Counted from the stretch's first letter, positions 18,589 through 27,801 are shown. The stretch: DNA of 64,000 nt from an uncultured Oscillospiraceae bacterium (GCA_964558655.1 CAZLEX010000004.1:6796-70795); one strand, 5' to 3'. Notes: a model not told the origin generated them from the letters alone. Numbers and translations: made by a program.

Positions 18589-20436
18589 GTTCTTATTATA
18601 AATTTTTAATATTGTCATTTCAAAAGGTGCGATTTTTTCAATATCACCCTTAACAATTTCATACTTGCGATTATCTTTAATACTCATGTTTACACTCTGC
18701 TCTTCAGATGAATAATTTATGAGCGTAATCCATTCCGCATCGTTATCTTTGTGCCTTGTCATTCCGATATATTTGTTATCGTAAGTAACGGCAAATTTTT
18801 CTTTTTCGTTCTTAAATATTTCTCGGTACACCTCATGCTGATTTCCGTCAAAACCGTCTATATCGCCGATTAAATTATTTTCAAGCGGGAAATTCAAATA
18901 ATAAACGGTTCCTTTTCCGTATTTGTATTTTGTGAAAATCGGCATACCGTTTTCATCGGACGCAATAACTTCGGCACCATTCAAATCCATTGTGAAATTC
19001 CTGGAACGGTTATATGTAACTTCAGTTCCGTTAAGTTTAAATTTCCCACCGTTTGTATTCGTATGAGAAGTCTTTACCGCAAGCCCCGTTAAATCGCTGA
19101 ATTCGGACAGACTTCCGCCGTTTATGGAAATGTAAAGGGTTGCTCCTTCCTGCACTTTCTTTTTCAATTCGGCATATTTCTGAGACGGCATTACATAAAT
19201 TCCGTTTACACTCGGCAAAAGATAAATTTCAGAATCGGGTATTTCTTTCGTTGCGTCGGCAAAACGGATATTTACACCTGCCTGTTTTGCAAGAACATAT
19301 GAAGAATATACGACACCCCATTGATCCTGACCGTCGGTTACCAAACATACGGCATCATCAACTGCTGCGGGAAGAGTAAAATCAACCTTTTTAAGCCATT
19401 CGGAAAACTTTTTAAATTCTTTGAGTACAGGTCTCGCATTTCCGTCACGGTCAAACATGCCGAGTTCGGTTTCATTCATATTACGGTCATAAGGAGGAAA
19501 CATTAGATGTATCTGTTCATTTGCACACCACCACATAACGCCCGGTGCTCCGTTTACCCAATTGGAGTAAAGATTAACCTTGAGAAAATCTCCCGCAATA
19601 TCATTGTTGCACACCATAGGACCTGTTGTTCCCATTTCTTCAACAAGACAAGGTTTTTTTCCGAGATTTTCGTAATATTTTGTTTCGCAGGTAGCGTGCA
19701 TGAGTGTTTGAACAGATGTTATTTCCGCTTCTCCGCAATGTTCACACCAATAAGGATATGGGTGGGTCGTAAGAATATCTGTCGCTTCTCCCTGATCTTC
19801 AATTCTCCATACACCGTACGCTTTCAAAGAGTGCATTCCGGAAACAATCGGGTGAGTGCTGTCAGCGGTTCTTATCGCATTGGAAATAACGATTGACCAA
19901 TTTTTCGCTTCATACCGGTCATTTGTATAAACAAGCACATTACATTCGTTTCCTAAATCCCATGCATAAATTGCAGGCTTATCTTTAAAAGTTTTTGCCA
20001 TGCCGTAAACCATTTTTTGTTGAAAAACAAGAGAGACAGCATCGGAAATAAGTCTTCTTCCGTAAAGTGCCGGAGGAATAAAAGTCCTTCCGCTCATCCA
20101 CCCGGTCAAAAGTCCGACTATGAGTTTCATTCCGTATTTATCAGCCAAATCGCAAAAGACTCCGAACCGTTCAAGCATCGTATCGTCCAAATAATACGGA
20201 TTCGTAGGCAGGTCTGCATCGTGCAGCCTGAAATCAACTACCGTAGCTCCGCCGCCGTGAAGAGGATATATAGGCTGAAAATCACGCCAATTCGGGAATA
20301 CTCTCAAATACTTAATACCGTATTCTGAAAGCTTTTTGAAATCGTTCTCAACTGCTTCGGGGTCCCACTGCCTCCACATTTCGGTACCTGCATTGGACGC
20401 CCAATAATTCGCACCCAATATAAATTCCTGGTTCAT
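18586..20436 (-). CDS. clan GH-A glycoside hydrolase (GH5/GH42-like TIM barrel plus a GH42-type trimerisation-like C-domain)
   Basis: 616 aa, no signal peptide. WDLGNECN is a candidate acid/base site and LVEEMG a candidate nucleophile. The N-terminal pattern LGANYW...LRVFPNWRDFQP is typical of the clan. Confidence 0.75.
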   Translation of the reverse strand: MNQEFILGANYWASNAGTEMWRQWDPEAVENDFKKLSEYGIKYLRVFPNWRDFQPIYPLHGGGATVVDFRLHDADLPTNPYYLDDTMLERFGVFCDLADKYGMKLIVGLLTGWMSGRTFIPPALYGRRLISDAVSLVFQQKMVYGMAKTFKDKPAIYAWDLGNECNVLVYTNDRYEAKNWSIVISNAIRTADSTHPIVSGMHSLKAYGVWRIEDQGEATDILTTHPYPYWCEHCGEAEITSVQTLMHATCETKYYENLGKKPCLVEEMGTTGPMVCNNDIAGDFLKVNLYSNWVNGAPGVMWWCANEQIHLMFPPYDRNMNETELGMFDRDGNARPVLKEFKKFSEWLKKVDFTLPAAVDDAVCLVTDGQDQWGVVYSSYVLAKQAGVNIRFADATKEIPDSEIYLLPSVNGIYVMPSQKYAELKKKVQEGATLYISINGGSLSEFSDLTGLAVKTSHTNTNGGKFKLNGTEVTYNRSRNFTMDLNGAEVIASDENGMPIFTKYKYGKGTVYYLNFPLENNLIGDIDGFDGNQHEVYREIFKNEKEKFAVTYDNKYIGMTRHKDNDAEWITLINYSSEEQSVNMSIKDNRKYEIVKGDIEKIAPFEMTILKIYNKN

Positions 20437-20632
20437 AATATTTTACTCCTTTATTCTTTTACAAATCCCAAACTTTTCATTCGGTATTGACATTATATCA
20501 GCAAATGCCTAAAAATACAACCGCTTATAAAAATTTTATCCGAAATACTTCGGATAAATTTTCCGTATACCAAAACATTTATATCGAACGATTTATAAGA
20601 AAGAATGTGATATTTTTTTATCTAAAATAGAG

Positions 20633-20663
20633 AAAGGGCATAACCTTAAAGATTATGCCCTTT
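20633..20663 (-). terminator. probable terminator after pnp
   Basis: AAAGGGCATAA-loop-TTATGCCCTTT. The T-tract on the minus strand is weak. Confidence 0.5.
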
Positions 20664-20702
20664 GACTTTTATTAAAACGGATATAGCTAAACGGATAAAT
20701 TC

Positions 20703-22823
20703 TCACATGTCACTTTTTTCTTCTTCGGCAAGTGCGTCGCGGCGAGAAAAATTAAGTCTTCCCTTATCGTCAATCTCAAGAAGCTTGACCTTAATAACAT
20801 CTCCGACTTGAACCACATCTTCTACTTTCTCAACACGCTTGCGGTCAAGTTTAGAAATATGAACAAGTCCTTCTTTGCCCGGAGCAAACTCAACAAATGC
20901 TCCAAATGTCATAAGGCGTGTTACGGTTGCGGTGTAAACAGTACCGATAACAGGATCCAACGCAATTGCATTAATCATATCAAGTGCACGATAACCGGCA
21001 TCTTTGTCTACGGCAGAAATAAACACGCTTCCGTCATCTTCGATATCTACTTTTGCACCGGTATCGGCAACAATTTTTTGAATTACCTTTCCGCCCTTTC
21101 CTATAACTTCGCTGATTTTTTCCGGATCAATCTTGGTGGTAATCATCTTCGGAGCGTACTTGGATACATCGTCACGGGGAGCGGGAATTTCGCGAAGAAT
21201 AACTTCATCGATTATATAATTTCTCGCTTTGTGAGTTGTTTCGAGAGCGTTCTTTATAATTTCAGGCGTAAGACCGTCAATTTTGAGATCCATTTGAATA
21301 GCTGTAATACCTTCTTTTGTTCCGGCAACTTTAAAGTCCATATCACCGAAGAAATCTTCAAGGCCCTGAATGTCAATCATAGTCATCCAGCGTTCTCCTT
21401 CAGTGATAAGACCGCACGAAATACCGACAACAGGTGCTTTGATCGGAACGCCAGCATCCATGAGTGCGAGGGTTGATCCGCATATTGACGCCTGAGAGGT
21501 CGAACCGTTTGAGGAAATAACTTCCGACACAAGACGAAGTGCATAAGGAAATTCTTCAACGGAAGGTATAACCGGTTCGAGAGCACGCTCGGCAAGTGCT
21601 CCGTGACCTATTTCACGCCGTCCGGGTCCTCTGGAAGCCTTAGCTTCACCTACCGAGTAGGCCGGCATATTGTAATGATGCATATATCTCTTAAATTCCT
21701 GGTCATCAATACCGTCAAGAAGCTGCTGATCCGAAATGGGACCGAGAGTTGCGGTAGTAAGAACCTGTGTCTGACCTCTGGTAAACATACCGGAACCGTG
21801 TGTTCTGGGAAGAAGAGAAACTTCCGCATCGAGAGGACGCATTTGATCCATTCGTCTTCCGTCAACACGCTTCTGCTCGTCCAAAAGCCAACGGCGTACA
21901 ACAAGTTTTTGAAGTTTATACATACATTCGTTAACCTGTGCCGTCATCTCATCTGACATTTCCGGATATTCCTGTGACAAAAATTCAAACACATCTGCGT
22001 ATACAGTCTGAAGCCGTTCGTCACGGACCGTTTTATCATCGGTATCCAGTGCCGATTTTACGGCATCTGTAGCATATTCGCGAATTTTCTCAAACAAATC
22101 GTGATCTACTTCACAGGACGGATAATCAAACTTAGGCTTTCCGATTTCTCCAACAATCGAGTTTATAAAGCGTATGGTCTCACAGTTTACCTCGTGAGCC
22201 TTCATTATAGCCTCGAACATATCGTCGTCGGATACTTCATGTGCACCGGCTTCAATCATTACGACTTTCTTCTCACTGGAAGCGACAGTGAGTTCCAGGT
22301 CACTTCTTTCACGCTCCTCGCGAGTAGGATTCATGACAAATTTACCGTCAACAAGTCCTACAAACACACCCGCTATGGGACCGTTCCAGGGAATATCGGA
22401 AATTGAAAGAGCTATTGACGCACCTATCATTGCGGTAATTTCGGGAGAACAATCGGGATCTACCGACATAACCGTAAGGGAAAGACATATATCATTTCTC
22501 AAATCTTTTGGGAAAAGAGGTCTTATCGGGCGATCAATAACACGGGAAGTTAAAATCGCTTTTTCACTTGGCTTACCTTCTCTTTTCAAAAAGCTACCCG
22601 GGATTTTTCCGACAGAATAAAGTCTCTCCTCAAAATCTACTGACAGAGGAAGAAAATCGATACCGTCGCGTGGTTTAGCCGATGCTGTGGCACAGGCAAG
22701 AATTGCGGTCTCGCCGTAGCGTACAAGAGCGGAACCGTTCGCAAGCTGTGCCATTTTGCCTGTCTCGACAACAAGTTCTCTGCCCGCAAGGGTGGTTTTA
22801 AATGTTTTAAATTTTTCAAACAT
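20703..22823 (-). CDS. pnp: polyribonucleotide nucleotidyltransferase (PNPase)
   Basis: 706 aa with two RNase PH domains, a KH domain and an S1 domain. Motifs include GSNGSTSQASICGSTLALMDAGVP. Confidence 0.97.
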   Translation of the reverse strand: MFEKFKTFKTTLAGRELVVETGKMAQLANGSALVRYGETAILACATASAKPRDGIDFLPLSVDFEERLYSVGKIPGSFLKREGKPSEKAILTSRVIDRPIRPLFPKDLRNDICLSLTVMSVDPDCSPEITAMIGASIALSISDIPWNGPIAGVFVGLVDGKFVMNPTREERERSDLELTVASSEKKVVMIEAGAHEVSDDDMFEAIMKAHEVNCETIRFINSIVGEIGKPKFDYPSCEVDHDLFEKIREYATDAVKSALDTDDKTVRDERLQTVYADVFEFLSQEYPEMSDEMTAQVNECMYKLQKLVVRRWLLDEQKRVDGRRMDQMRPLDAEVSLLPRTHGSGMFTRGQTQVLTTATLGPISDQQLLDGIDDQEFKRYMHHYNMPAYSVGEAKASRGPGRREIGHGALAERALEPVIPSVEEFPYALRLVSEVISSNGSTSQASICGSTLALMDAGVPIKAPVVGISCGLITEGERWMTMIDIQGLEDFFGDMDFKVAGTKEGITAIQMDLKIDGLTPEIIKNALETTHKARNYIIDEVILREIPAPRDDVSKYAPKMITTKIDPEKISEVIGKGGKVIQKIVADTGAKVDIEDDGSVFISAVDKDAGYRALDMINAIALDPVIGTVYTATVTRLMTFGAFVEFAPGKEGLVHISKLDRKRVEKVEDVVQVGDVIKVKLLEIDDKGRLNFSRRDALAEEEKSDM

Positions 22824-22844
22824 CTTATTTTGTTTCCTTTCTTT

Positions 22845-22925
22845 ACCGCCCGACAGATTAGCAAATAAAGGAAAGTCGGAAAATCCGGCACTCTTTTATT
22901 TGCTAATTCTAATTCATCAGGCGGT
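22845..22925 (-). promoter_or_regulatory. long hairpin in the pnp 5' leader
   Basis: ACCGCC...GGCGGT closes a stem that contains a perfect 12-bp helix (TTAGCAAATAAA / TTTATTTGCTAA). It lies 22-100 nt upstream of the pnp ATG. Confidence 0.5.
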
Positions 22926-22985
22926 GTTTCTTTAAAAAAATTCCACATATGACGAACCATATGCGGCAGGTCGTTAAGCCGGAAA

Positions 22986-23014
22986 CCGAGAAAAAACTTA
23001 AGCTTTTTTCTCGG
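22986..23014 (-). terminator. rpsO terminator/attenuator hairpin
   Basis: CCGAGAAAAAA-loop-TTTTTTCTCGG then TTT. It lies between rpsO and pnp. Confidence 0.5.
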
Positions 23015-23038
23015 TGTAACCGCACTTAACAAACGAAC

Positions 23039-23302
23039 TTATTTTCTAAGTCCGAGTTTTTCGATGATTTCACGGTAACGGTTGATATCTTTCTTTTGCA
23101 AATAATTGAGAAGATTTCTTCTGTGACCTACCATCTTAAGGAGTCCGCGACGGCTGTGATGATCCTTGTTATTGGACTTCAAGTGCTCGGTAAGATTGTT
23201 GATTCTGTTTGTAAGAATGGCAATCTGTACTTCGGGCGAGCCGGTGTCTTTCTCATGAGTGCGATAGCTCTCGATGATACTCTGCTTCATATCCTTCTGC
23301 AT
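23039..23302 (-). CDS. rpsO: 30S ribosomal protein S15
   Basis: [31 protein letters not shown]...[15 protein letters not shown] at 23300-23302 follows GGAGGTG. Confidence 0.95.
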   Translation of the reverse strand: MQKDMKQSIIESYRTHEKDTGSPEVQIAILTNRINNLTEHLKSNNKDHHSRRGLLKMVGHRRNLLNYLQKKDINRYREIIEKLGLRK

Positions 23303-23417
23303 TATGTTCACCTCCATATTTTTTTCGCCTGTAACTCGGTGCAGGGGGTGAAAGTTCCGCTAAAGAAACCCTGATTTCCCACACTGGGTTACGGTTATGC
23401 CTTCTTAGGCATTTTAC

Positions 23418-23446
23418 ATTGTATCATAATATCTGATTATTGTAAA
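23418..23446 (-). promoter_or_regulatory. rpsO promoter TTTACA-17-TGaTACAAT
   Basis: Minus strand -35 at 23441-23446 and -10 at 23418-23423. It predicts a leader of about 115 nt. Confidence 0.5.
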
Positions 23447-23496
23447 GTGTTTTATAACAAAAAAATGCTTATCGTTCATAAAATATTTACAATTTA

Positions 23497-23523
23497 TTAG
23501 CACTCAGTGCGATTGAGTGCCAA
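23497..23523 (+). promoter_or_regulatory. CIRCE element (HrcA operator)
   Basis: TTAGCACTC-agtgcgatt-GAGTGCCAA against the consensus TTAGCACTC-N9-GAGTGCTAA. It sits 8 nt upstream of the htpG -35. Confidence 0.8.
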
Positions 23524-23531
23524 AAATTCTG

Positions 23532-23560
23532 TTGACAAAGCTGCAAAATAGTAGTAAAAT
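23532..23560 (+). promoter_or_regulatory. htpG promoter TTGACA-17-TAAAAT
   Basis: Hexamers at 23532-23537 and 23555-23560. Confidence 0.65.
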
Positions 23561-23598
23561 TATTCAAACAATAAGTTTTCAAAAAAGGAGTGTTTTTA

Positions 23599-25422
23599 AT
23601 GGACAATAAGAAAAAAGGCGGTATTTCCGTTGAAACGGAACATATATTTCCCATAATAAAAAGGTGGCTTTATTCCGACAAGGAAATATTCTTGAGAGAA
23701 CTTGTTTCCAATGCCTGCGATGCAATAACGAAGCAAAAAAGGCTGGTATCCCTTTCGGAAGCATCCGATGACGGTAATCCTTACAGAATTGATGTTATTC
23801 TGGATCCGAATACCAAGACTCTCAAAGTTAAAGATAACGGTCTTGGAATGAGCGAAGAAGAAATTGACAAATATATTAATCAAATAGCTCTTTCCGGTGC
23901 ACTCGATTTCATAGAAAAATACGAAAAGGAAACCGACGGAGGCGGCATAATCGGTCATTTCGGTCTCGGTTTCTATTCGGCATTTATGGTTGCTGACAGC
24001 GTGGAAATTTATTCAAAATCGTATTCCGACGCACCGGCGGTTCACTGGATATGCAGCGAATCCGGAGAATTCGAGATGGAAACCTGCAACAAAAATGACA
24101 GGGGTACAGAAATTGTTCTGCACATTACCGATGAAGAAAAAGAATTTCTGTCTCCCGAAAGAATCCGTGAAACATTATTGCGTTACTGTGCTTTCATGAC
24201 GACGGAAATATATTTCACCAACGCCGCAGACGAAGAGAAAAAAGAAGAAAAGTGTATCAATAACCCAACTCCTCTTTGGACAAAAGCTCCTTCGGAATGT
24301 ACAGATGAAGAGTATCGTGAATTTTACAGAGAGCTTTTTCACGATTACAAAGAGCCTCTTTTCTCAATTCACATCAACGCCGATTATCCTCTCAATTTCA
24401 AGGGAATTTTATGGTTCCCGAAACTGTCTCACGAATATTCAAACCTTGAAGGACAAGTAAAACTCTTTTACAATCAGGTTTTTGTCGCCGACAACATAAA
24501 AGAAGTAATCCCCGAATATTTACTTCTTTTGAAAGGCGTTCTCGACTGTCCCGAACTTCCTTTAAATGTATCAAGAAGCTATTTGCAAAACAGCGGTTAT
24601 GTATCGAAAATTTCAGCTCACATTGTAAAGAAAGTTTGTGATAAACTCAATTCTCTCATGACTGCTTCCCGCGAAGAATACGAAAAAATGTGGGACGACA
24701 TAAAACCTTTCGCCGAATACGGTTCAATGCGTGACAAAAAGTTTTATGACAGAGTCCGTAATGCCATACTCTTCAAAACCGTTGACGGAAAATTCATGAC
24801 TCTTGACGAATACACCTCAAAAAATACTAAAGAAGAAGGAAAAATATTCTACGCAACCGATAAAACGCAGCAATCCCGCTATATCAAACTTTTTGACGAT
24901 GAAGGAATAGATGTCCTGCTTTTAGACACTATGATGGACACTCAATTCATCTCTTTCCTGGAATCGCAAAACGATGCAATACATTTTGCAAGATGTGATG
25001 CCGAACTTGCGGGAAGTCTGAAAAAAGACGAAGAAACCGTAACGAACGAGCTGTTAGTCGAAGTATTCAAAAAAGCTGTCGGAGACGGAGAGGTTGAACT
25101 TGTAAGTCTTAAAGATGAAGCAACTCCCGCAATGCTTACTATTTCCGAGCAGGACAGGCGTTTTGCCGATATGATGAAAATGTATTCAAGAGACGGTATA
25201 GACTCAATGCCTCATTCTCAGGAAAAACTCCTGGTTAATGTTAAAAACAGCGTTGTCTCCAAAATCGAATCCATGCTTGCCGATCCGACAAAACGCGACC
25301 TCTGCGAAAAGATGGCACATGAGATTTATATGCTTGCCATTATTTCACAGCGTTCTCTCACCGAAAGTGAACTTGAGAATTTTGTACGCGGGAATCTTGA
25401 AATTCTTGAAACTCTGTCTTGA
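23599..25422 (+). CDS. htpG: molecular chaperone HtpG (Hsp90)
   Basis: ATG at 23599 follows AAGGAG. Motifs ELVSNACDA, KDNGLGMS and IGHFGLGFYSAF. Confidence 0.95.
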   Translation: MDNKKKGGISVETEHIFPIIKRWLYSDKEIFLRELVSNACDAITKQKRLVSLSEASDDGNPYRIDVILDPNTKTLKVKDNGLGMSEEEIDKYINQIALSGALDFIEKYEKETDGGGIIGHFGLGFYSAFMVADSVEIYSKSYSDAPAVHWICSESGEFEMETCNKNDRGTEIVLHITDEEKEFLSPERIRETLLRYCAFMTTEIYFTNAADEEKKEEKCINNPTPLWTKAPSECTDEEYREFYRELFHDYKEPLFSIHINADYPLNFKGILWFPKLSHEYSNLEGQVKLFYNQVFVADNIKEVIPEYLLLLKGVLDCPELPLNVSRSYLQNSGYVSKISAHIVKKVCDKLNSLMTASREEYEKMWDDIKPFAEYGSMRDKKFYDRVRNAILFKTVDGKFMTLDEYTSKNTKEEGKIFYATDKTQQSRYIKLFDDEGIDVLLLDTMMDTQFISFLESQNDAIHFARCDAELAGSLKKDEETVTNELLVEVFKKAVGDGEVELVSLKDEATPAMLTISEQDRRFADMMKMYSRDGIDSMPHSQEKLLVNVKNSVVSKIESMLADPTKRDLCEKMAHEIYMLAIISQRSLTESELENFVRGNLEILETLS

Positions 25423-25447
25423 CAAATCAAATCTTATATGATACAAT
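25419..25447 (+). promoter_or_regulatory. promoter TTGACA-17-TGaTACAAT for the thiT leader
   Basis: The -35 (25419-25424) overlaps the htpG stop codon. The -10 is at 25442-25447. Confidence 0.6.
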
Positions 25448-25454
25448 CAAAGCA

Positions 25455-25555
25455 ACACAAAGGGGTGCTTGCGACAAGCAGGCTGAGATTGGACATGAAA
25501 TGCGGTCCTGACCCTCGAACCTGATGCGGATAATGCCGTCGTAGGAACAAGTCTT
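25455..25555 (+). promoter_or_regulatory. TPP (THI-box) riboswitch
   Basis: GGGGTGC...GGCTGAGA...ACCCTCGAACCTGATGCGGATAATGCCGTCGTAGGAA matches the THI element core, including CUGAGA and ACCUGAUCUGGAUAAUGCCAGCG. Confidence 0.9.
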
Positions 25556-25590
25556 TAAAAGAAAAAGACACGCTGTTACTAAGATATTTT

Positions 25591-25626
25591 AATCGCAAAG
25601 GGTTTTTCCCCTTTGCGATTTTTTAT
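25591..25626 (+). terminator. riboswitch expression-platform terminator
   Basis: AATCGCAAAGGG-tttttc-CCCTTTGCGATT followed by T5. Confidence 0.8.
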
Positions 25627-25648
25627 TGTTGAAGTGAGGTAAAAACCA

Positions 25649-26236
25649 ATGAACACACGCAGTCACACACGCAGTCACATACGCAGTCACACACGCACTC
25701 TTTGCGAAGGTGCAATCCTAATCGCCATTGCCTTTATAATAAGTGTGTACTTAGAAATTTCACCCGGATTTCTAAACGGAGGTGCAATAGGATTTGCCAT
25801 GCTCCCAATCATAGTCTTTTCGGTAAGGCACGGAGTAGCATGGGGAACACTTGCGGGATTTGTATATTCAATAACACAATACATTGAAGGCAACGGTCTC
25901 GCAATAGACTGGAGGACTATCGTACTTGATTATCTTGTTGCCTACACTCTTTTGGGATTCGGTGCAGGACTTTTTAAAAAAAGGCCTTTTACAGCCACTT
26001 TTGTCGGATCCGCACTGCGTTTTCTCGCACATTATTTTTCCGGTGCACTCATTTGGGGCGAATGGATGCCCGAAAAATTTTTCGGGCTGAAAATGACAAG
26101 CCCTTGGATTTATTCGGCAATTTACAACGGTGCTTACATTGCAGGGTGCGTTTTGATAATTTGTATACTCTTTGCTCTAATGTTGAAAAACAAAGCTATG
26201 AAAGATTACATCATGGGAAAAGATTTAAAACAATAA
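25649..26236 (+). CDS. thiT: thiamine ECF transporter S component ThiT
   Basis: 6-TM protein of 195 aa directly behind the TPP riboswitch. Sequence includes LCEGAILIAIAFIISVYL and YSAIYNGAY. Confidence 0.85.
   Translation: MNTRSHTRSHIRSHTRTLCEGAILIAIAFIISVYLEISPGFLNGGAIGFAMLPIIVFSVRHGVAWGTLAGFVYSITQYIEGNGLAIDWRTIVLDYLVAYTLLGFGAGLFKKRPFTATFVGSALRFLAHYFSGALIWGEWMPEKFFGLKMTSPWIYSAIYNGAYIAGCVLIICILFALMLKNKAMKDYIMGKDLKQ
25655..25698 (+). repeat. 12-nt tandem repeat (ACACGCAGTCAC, about 3.7 copies) inside the thiT 5' end
   Basis: Units at 25655-25666, 25667-25678, 25679-25690 (1 mismatch) and a partial unit at 25691-25698. Together they encode (T/I)RSH repeats. Confidence 0.9.
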
Positions 26237-26325
26237 ATCATACTGCATCAATATAAAAATATTCATAAAATAACCTCCTGTTTTATTTTACAAAGCAAGA
26301 GGTTATTACATTTTACATATTCTGT

Positions 26326-27801
26326 TTATTTCCCGAGAATCGACAGAAATCTTTCATATGCATCATCAAAAGCAGCGGTATCTTTCGGTTCGTAACACTT
26401 AATTTCAAAAGAACGGCGTACAACCTCACGGGCCTCATCAAGTCCGCGTACTTCTCCCATTGCAATTGCCTGAACAAGAAGATTTCCTATTGCAGTAGCT
26501 TCAACAGGCCCCGCATATACCGGTACACCGCAAGCATTGGCGGCAAGCTGACACAAAGGCTCTTCCTTTGTTCCTCCGCCGACAATATTGACGCATGGAA
26601 CGCGGGTTCCCCGTATTTCTTCTATTGCTTTGACTACATAGCGATATTTCATTGCGAGACTTTCAAAAATACAGCGAACGATTTCCCCTTTGGTTTCGGG
26701 TACCGGCTGACCGGTGCGACGGCAAAAATCGGCTATCCTACGCGGCTGATCTCCGGGAGGTGTAAATTCGGGGGAATCGGGATCAATAAAGCATTTCAGA
26801 GGAGTCGATGCCATTGCCATATTTGACAGTTGATCGTATGTTGTCTTTTCTCCTTCGCGCTCCCATTGCCTCTTAGACTCTTGTTCAAGCCAAAGCCCCA
26901 TTATATTTTTCAAAAGCCTTATCGAATTACCGTAACCGCCTTCGTTTGTAAAATTGTATTTTTCCGTAAGCGGATTAATCATCGGCTCGGAATATTCACA
27001 ACCCATAAGAGACCATGTTCCGCTGCTTATGTAAACAAAATCGCGGTTATTTGACGGAACGCTGACAACCGCCGAAGCCGTATCGTGAGACGCAACATTC
27101 ACGACCTTTGCATGAATCATGCCTATCTCATCGGTAACTGCCGGGAGAATGTCTCCGAGAATATTTCCGGGCATAACGATTTTTTGCAAAAGTCCGGTCG
27201 GAAGTCCAAGCTTTTCAAGCATATCCCACGCCCAATTTCGAGATTTCGCATCAAGCATTTGAGATGTTGAGGCAATTGTATATTCACAAGCGGGGATACC
27301 TGTCAAAAAGTAATTCAACAAATCGGGAACAAACAACAATTTATCGGCAACATCAAACTGCCAAGACTGTTTACTGTACTTTACCGCAAGGAGCTGATAA
27401 AGGGAATTGAGATTAGCGAACTGAATTCCCGTAGTTTTATAAATCTCAGAACGAGGAACAAGTTCAAAAGCTTTCTCCTGCATACCTGCCGTACGCAAAT
27501 CACGGTAGTTGTACGGATTATCCATGAGCTGACCGTTGCGATCGATAAATCCATAGTCAACTCCCCATGTATCAATGCCCATAGAAGCCACATCGTTGTC
27601 GTCACTTGTGGCGCATTTGCCCATAGCAAGCTTAATTTCGTGAAAAATCCTCATTATATCCCAACGAAACGCACCGTTAATTAAAACAGGCTCATTTGGA
27701 AAGCGATGATTTTCCCGCAAGAAAAGACGATCCCCGTCAAAAGATCCGACGATTCCTCTTCCGCTGGAAGCACCGAGATCTATAGCCAACATTTTTAACA
27801 T
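26326..27801 (-). CDS. rhaB: rhamnulokinase (FGGY carbohydrate kinase)
   Basis: AIDLGASSGR, GIDTWGVDY, VASHDTASAV, SSGTWSLMG and LKNIMGLWL are collinear with E. coli RhaB. Confidence 0.85.
   Translation of the reverse strand: MLKMLAIDLGASSGRGIVGSFDGDRLFLRENHRFPNEPVLINGAFRWDIMRIFHEIKLAMGKCATSDDNDVASMGIDTWGVDYGFIDRNGQLMDNPYNYRDLRTAGMQEKAFELVPRSEIYKTTGIQFANLNSLYQLLAVKYSKQSWQFDVADKLLFVPDLLNYFLTGIPACEYTIASTSQMLDAKSRNWAWDMLEKLGLPTGLLQKIVMPGNILGDILPAVTDEIGMIHAKVVNVASHDTASAVVSVPSNNRDFVYISSGTWSLMGCEYSEPMINPLTEKYNFTNEGGYGNSIRLLKNIMGLWLEQESKRQWEREGEKTTYDQLSNMAMASTPLKCFIDPDSPEFTPPGDQPRRIADFCRRTGQPVPETKGEIVRCIFESLAMKYRYVVKAIEEIRGTRVPCVNIVGGGTKEEPLCQLAANACGVPVYAGPVEATAIGNLLVQAIAMGEVRGLDEAREVVRRSFEIKCYEPKDTAAFDDAYERFLSILGK

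Noticed and set aside
20537-20560. Hairpin TTTATCCGAA-atac-TTCGGATAAA between pnp and the GH-A gene, as a possible separate element.
   Set aside because: It is most simply a second, backup terminator downstream of pnp, ahead of the TTGTAT-17-TATAAT promoter of the hydrolase gene.
22637-23032. 131-aa minus-strand ORF spanning the rpsO-pnp intergenic region.
   Set aside because: It overlaps the pnp 5' end out of frame and covers the leader hairpin and the rpsO terminator. It has no RBS.
25655-25698. Short direct repeats as a possible mini CRISPR array.
   Set aside because: The units are only 12 nt, are contiguous without spacers, and lie in-frame inside thiT. This is a coding microsatellite.
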